Of a stretch of 60,350 bases of DNA, positions 56,774 to 60,350 are shown one piece after another. Below the pieces are notes generated by a model. It was not told where the DNA came from. It made no database searches and saw nothing but the letters and a program-made list of their open reading frames with translations. The DNA is from a virus (lineage: Duplodnaviria > Caudoviricetes), in IMG/VR virus record IMGVR_UViG_3300007735_000768, positions 1 through 60,350 of that record; one strand, 5' to 3'. Position numbers and translations under genes: made by a program. Numbering within the stretch: the stretch's first letter is position 1; the number at the start of each line of letters is the position of its first letter.

Positions 56774-57564
56774 TATGCGTTTGCCAACTTTGCTGATCGT
56801 TTCTCATCTCGATCATGTTGCATGCCACCAAATGTCTTACCCGCCATTTTCTTTTTAAAGTGAGCAATGTTGTTTGCAACGATTCCTACTTTGTTTGATG
56901 GCATGAGCGCGGCAAGAATGTCTGAATCTTCCTGATCTGTATATCCTGCCTCAATCAATTCCTCGATCGTCGGAAACACCTCTGCATGACGATCAACTTC
57001 AACATTGATCAAATGATCTTGCTTACCCCCCATTGAGTAAATCAAAATAAAGTTATCGGGTAAATCGCCATACTCCTTAGTCATCGCAACTTCTTTGGTA
57101 TATGCGTAAAAGAGCAAATGTTGATTCTTTCGAGCAATGTCAATCCATGCCTCAAAATACTCGCGACTAAAGAAATCACCTGAGTCATGAATACGAATTG
57201 CCTTACCACCATGTATCGCCCACAACTTTTGCCATTGTGTGAAATAGCGTTGATCAAGTAAAGGATAGAAGCGAGCAAGTTTGTTGGTTGGGTTATATCG
57301 CTTATGGCGCAGTTCCTCGATCATGGCAAGTTTCCAACCGACTAAATCATTCTTCACCCATTCAAGGTTTCGCATATGCGCACCGCGAACATTGGAGAAA
57401 AGATAAGTGCCGTTTCTTGCATAGCACACAGTCGCGCATGCACCCGCGTTAGGGCAGACATTCATGTTCGTTCCGTCGGTCAATGTGACAGCAAACGCTG
57501 GAAGTGTCCAGTTGAAGATTCCGTCTGCGCGTAGTTCTGAGTTTTGGCGTAAAAGTGTTGACAT
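56773..57564 (-). CDS. GP88-family protein (radical-SAM-like Cys motif)
   Basis: CPNAGACATVCYA, IRIHDSGDFF, FYAYTK. Confidence 0.75.
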   Translation of the reverse strand: MSTLLRQNSELRADGIFNWTLPAFAVTLTDGTNMNVCPNAGACATVCYARNGTYLFSNVRGAHMRNLEWVKNDLVGWKLAMIEELRHKRYNPTNKLARFYPLLDQRYFTQWQKLWAIHGGKAIRIHDSGDFFSREYFEAWIDIARKNQHLLFYAYTKEVAMTKEYGDLPDNFILIYSMGGKQDHLINVEVDRHAEVFPTIEELIEAGYTDQEDSDILAALMPSNKVGIVANNIAHFKKKMAGKTFGGMQHDRDEKRSAKLANA

Positions 57565-57615
57565 AAGGTGATCGTATATTGCAACACGCCAAATAGGAAG
57601 TGTTACTTATATGAG

Positions 57616-57657
57616 TTGACACATTACGGGGGTTGACCTTATACTATAAGTGTAAGG
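57616..57657 (+). promoter_or_regulatory. Early promoter TTGACA-N18-TATACT
   Basis: Near-copy of 614-655. Confidence 0.8.
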
Positions 57658-57674
57658 GAAAGAAAGGAAATCAA

Positions 57675-57887
57675 ATGTCTAAACAATGTAACCGATGCGG
57701 TAAGGCTGGATTGGTTTGGAAACAAAGCAAGAAAGGCAATTGGTACTTAGCAGTTGAACAAAAGTGGCAAGGCGACATGTATGGCGCAATCCGCACTTTC
57801 TATCCTGCACACCAATGCGTTCAAGAAGAAAGTTATGAACGCAACGAAAGTTTCTTATTCGACTTACAAGCAAGAAGCGGCGCATGA
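57675..57887 (+). CDS. Small CxxC protein; start revised to 57675
   Basis: GAAAGGA RBS; CNRCG...WKQSKKGNWYL. Confidence 0.65.
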   Translation: MSKQCNRCGKAGLVWKQSKKGNWYLAVEQKWQGDMYGAIRTFYPAHQCVQEESYERNESFLFDLQARSGA

Positions 57888-57893
57888 TCATGG

Positions 57894-57951
57894 TTGCAAT
57901 TGTTAAAATAAGAACTTATACTATGAATGTAAGCAAACGACCACGAAGGAG
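57894..57951 (+). promoter_or_regulatory. Early promoter TTGCAA-N17-TATACT plus CCACGAAGGAG box
   Basis: 57894-57899, 57917-57922, 57941-57951. Confidence 0.8.
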
Positions 57952-57957
57952 AACATC

Positions 57958-58350
57958 ATGAATCAAGAAGTAATGAATCAAGCAAATGTCTTCGCTACCG
58001 AGGCAAGCAAGGTGGTTTTTGAACCTGCTTACGGCGCAAAATACAAGGCGATCTACGAGGCAGTTGCAAAGCGCAAATATATTGTGATCAGAGAAACTGA
58101 TCGTCAAGTCGATTATGGTCATGGCAAAGGTTGGGAATTCTACGGACGCGATTCTGTGGTCTGCATGATCAACATGGAAACAGGCGATGTTTTCAAGTTA
58201 GAAGGTTACAACCAGCCAGCAAAGACACCACGCTACAACATCATTAAAAATGTTGATCAAATGATTGAAAACTTCAAAGTTGGCGGTAACAACGGCGGGT
58301 TTATGTATCAGGACTTCAAAGACATCAAAATCGAGAGAAAGGCGGCATAG
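57958..58350 (+). CDS. Conserved phage hypothetical protein (TGDVFK...PAK..RYN)
   Basis: Box-associated start. Confidence 0.7.
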   Translation: MNQEVMNQANVFATEASKVVFEPAYGAKYKAIYEAVAKRKYIVIRETDRQVDYGHGKGWEFYGRDSVVCMINMETGDVFKLEGYNQPAKTPRYNIIKNVDQMIENFKVGGNNGGFMYQDFKDIKIERKAA

Positions 58351-58352
58351 CA

Positions 58353-58589
58353 ATGACTATCTACAACGAGCATGTCCAAACTGAAACAGGTTTTGTGTTT
58401 GAACGCAAAAACCCAACAGGTTTCTTTGAGTGGGAGAAGGTAGAAATTAACTTCGCCACAAACCACACCTACGCGTGGGGAAGCAATAACTCATTTGCGG
58501 TCGAGGTTCATCCTGATCGAGCAACAGCAGTCGCTAGATACCATGAATGGATTACATCAAACATGGTAAGAGTCGGTTGCAATTCATAA
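58353..58589 (+). CDS. Hypothetical protein
   Basis: Co-oriented, tight packing. Confidence 0.55.
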   Translation: MTIYNEHVQTETGFVFERKNPTGFFEWEKVEINFATNHTYAWGSNNSFAVEVHPDRATAVARYHEWITSNMVRVGCNS

Positions 58590-58637
58590 AATAAAATCTT
58601 ATACTATGAATGTAGGAAACAATAAACCACGAAGGAG
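58577..58637 (+). promoter_or_regulatory. Early promoter TTGCAA-N17-TATACT plus CCACGAAGGAG box
   Basis: 58577-58582, 58600-58605, 58627-58637. Confidence 0.8.
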
Positions 58638-58643
58638 AAAAAA

Positions 58644-58970
58644 ATGACACAAATAGCAGAAAAGAAATATGTTCGCCAAGTTGATGCAAAAACATTGGTA
58701 AATCAAATTGGCATGATGAATGTCTTGGCAATAAGTGGCGGTCGCGTTATTGATCGTGGAACAGGAATCACTTTGCCAGTCGGTCACGGATACAGCGTTG
58801 AGATCGATTTGAACTTTATGGATTTCTACGATGTCAAGCGCGTCTACACAAGAGGCGGTAAGCGCGTGGTTAAGGGTGAGGCAGTCGATGTTGATTGCTT
58901 CGAAGTCGGAGAGGTTGCTTACAAAGCAAGTTGCTATGTAAATGTCAGTTTTGGAGAGGACAAGAGATGA
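58644..58970 (+). CDS. Conserved actinophage-type hypothetical protein
   Basis: QIG.MNVLAISGGR, LPVGHGYSV, YKASC. Confidence 0.7.
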   Translation: MTQIAEKKYVRQVDAKTLVNQIGMMNVLAISGGRVIDRGTGITLPVGHGYSVEIDLNFMDFYDVKRVYTRGGKRVVKGEAVDVDCFEVGEVAYKASCYVNVSFGEDKR

Positions 58971-59118
58971 CACAGAACATTGTCTTGGATCAACAAGGAA
59001 AACAGAATTTCAATTCAGTAATGATCATGATGAAATTCGTTGATCAAATGGTTGCAAAAGGTTACACAAAAGATGAGGCGATCGCCGCGATTGAACAAAT
59101 AGTTAGGGGGAGTAAATA

Positions 59119-59448
59119 ATGGCTAAGATAACAATTGTTTGGTGTGCCTTCGCTGGTAGTTGGAGTGAAGAACGCGAAAAGGAATCAGGTCGCAAAGGAA
59201 TCACAAGGGTTGAATTCGAAATGCCAACAACTCCTGCGATCGATGATGAAATGATCTGCGATCAGATTTACAAAGAAACAAATACTTATCGTGGAAACAT
59301 TTGGGATCAGTTCAATGAGCAGTTTCCAAAGGATCGTTCACACACCGCAATTAGCGTTGGTGACATGATCGGGATTGATGATCGTTTCTACTTCTGTGCC
59401 GATGTTGGTTGGGTAAAGGCATATGAAAAGATAGTTGCAAATGTTTAA
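59119..59448 (+). CDS. YodL-like domain protein
   Basis: HTAISVGDMI.IDDRFYFCADVGW. Confidence 0.55.
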   Translation: MAKITIVWCAFAGSWSEEREKESGRKGITRVEFEMPTTPAIDDEMICDQIYKETNTYRGNIWDQFNEQFPKDRSHTAISVGDMIGIDDRFYFCADVGWVKAYEKIVANV

Positions 59449-59490
59449 TTGAGAACTCATAATATGAATGTAGGACAAACCACGAAGGAG
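59435..59490 (+). promoter_or_regulatory. Early promoter TTGCAA-N17-CATAAT plus CCACGAAGGAG box
   Basis: 59435-59440, 59458-59463, 59480-59490. Confidence 0.75.
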
Positions 59491-59496
59491 ATCAAA

Positions 59497-59628
59497 ATGG
59501 CAAACTGCCCAAAGTGCAAGTCAGAAAATTCATTGATCGTTTCTACCGACCTTAAATGGGGCAAAATCAACAAATGGCAACACTTCATGCGATGCGTTGC
59601 ATGTTACTACGAAAGTGGGGTGAAATAA
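59497..59628 (+). CDS. Zinc-ribbon protein (43 aa, not in ORF track)
   Basis: CPKC...CVAC; box-associated start. Confidence 0.6.
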   Translation: MANCPKCKSENSLIVSTDLKWGKINKWQHFMRCVACYYESGVK

Positions 59629-59964
59629 ATGGCAAGTAATGTAGTTAAAAAACTCTCTATTGAATTAGACGGACATAGTTTCGCTGACCTTGCTGGCATG
59701 ATCGAGGAAAAGGTTGTTGAGAAGATTCAAGAACTTATTGAAACGGAATGTTCAGAGTTATCAAATATGGGAGATGACGGAAACACAGAACTCTCATTAG
59801 AGGACACCGATATCTCGGTCACAGGCGACGGGTTAGAAGCCACTATTTACTTTAATCGAGAGTCGGGCAAATTCGCCGCAACAAGTGATGTAGAGGACGA
59901 AGTTATTAGTCGTCTGCAAAACCAAGACATCGAAGTGTCTTTTCACTTCTCGCTTGTGGTTTAA
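59629..59964 (+). CDS. Acidic hypothetical protein
   Basis: Very D/E-rich; abuts previous stop. Confidence 0.65.
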   Translation: MASNVVKKLSIELDGHSFADLAGMIEEKVVEKIQELIETECSELSNMGDDGNTELSLEDTDISVTGDGLEATIYFNRESGKFAATSDVEDEVISRLQNQDIEVSFHFSLVV

Positions 59965-60073
59965 CAAAAAGGAGAAATCAATGGCAAAAACCCTACAAGA
60001 AAAACTTGATCAAGTTGCAAAAGAGTTAGAACCAATCCTGCACGAACTACTAAATGAAATCGAGGAAAAGTAA

Positions 60074-60277
60074 ATGTCAACATACACACCGCGCCATAAG
60101 GCAAGTGCAACCGCTCGCATGAACGCGATCAAGCGTCTGATCGAGGAAAACCAATTCCGTTGGGCAGAAATCTACAAAGAGGAAAAAATCAAGATCGGTG
60201 TTCGCCCAAGTAAGTCACCACAGGAAAAGATCGAGGAACTACGCGCCAAGTTAACTAAATTAGAAATGGAGTCATGA
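60074..60277 (+). CDS. Hypothetical protein spanning into terminal repeat
   Basis: GAGGA RBS; coiled-coil end. Confidence 0.6.
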   Translation: MSTYTPRHKASATARMNAIKRLIEENQFRWAEIYKEEKIKIGVRPSKSPQEKIEELRAKLTKLEMES

Positions 60278-60350
60278 TCATGAGAATGGAAGCAAAATTC
60301 ATTAGACGCAGACGAGTCGTCTTTGCCATTGTGGTAATGATGATCACCGC

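Noticed and set aside
60224-60350. Biological direct terminal repeat
   Set aside because: Exactly 127 nt and cutting through coding sequence; matches a common assembler k-mer overlap
1-60350. Alternative genetic code, introns or inteins
   Set aside because: Genes are intact and tightly packed under the standard code; TerL, portal and capsid have normal lengths

Overview
The window is an apparently complete, circularly permuted genome of a tailed dsDNA phage of about 60.2 kb. Bases 1-127 are identical to 60224-60350, a typical assembler overlap. It is siphovirus-like: tape measure, tail-assembly-chaperone -1 frameshift, no sheath. The host is very likely an Actinobacterium, inferred from WhiB, the actinobacterial-type SSB and transglycosylase, and many leaderless TANNNT-N6-ATG starts. 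Modules: (1) an early region wrapping the ends (about 56.0k-8.1k) with repeated sigma70-like promoters and a CCACGAAGGAG start box; (2) a head module (8.2-19.5k) in which the portal is followed by a MuF protein with a long, ART-like C-terminal extension, an XkdF-type prohead protease fused to a zeta-toxin-like kinase, and a cluster of small accessory genes (Dps, HVA1-Tudor-like, Cys-rich) sharing leader and cleavage-like motifs; (3) decoration/fibre genes and an AT-rich oxygenase island; (4) a tail module with a Com-like zinc finger and matching bipartite G(A/T)GNCC sites; (5) lysis; (6) ERF, a highly structured ~350-nt non-coding region, HNH and RusA-like genes; (7) a complete 7-deazaguanine (preQ1) DNA-modification cluster (DpdA-like, QueF, QueC, QueD, QueE, FolE) flanked by ParB-like genes; (8) terminase followed by an iteron-like repeat array. 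No DNA polymerase, primase, helicase, integrase, tRNA or CRISPR was recognised. The best candidate for an undescribed system is the head-module cargo cluster: toxin-like domains on MuF and on a split prohead protease, each followed by a small putative immunity gene, plus tagged cargo proteins. All family calls are by-eye motif recognition, not database searches.
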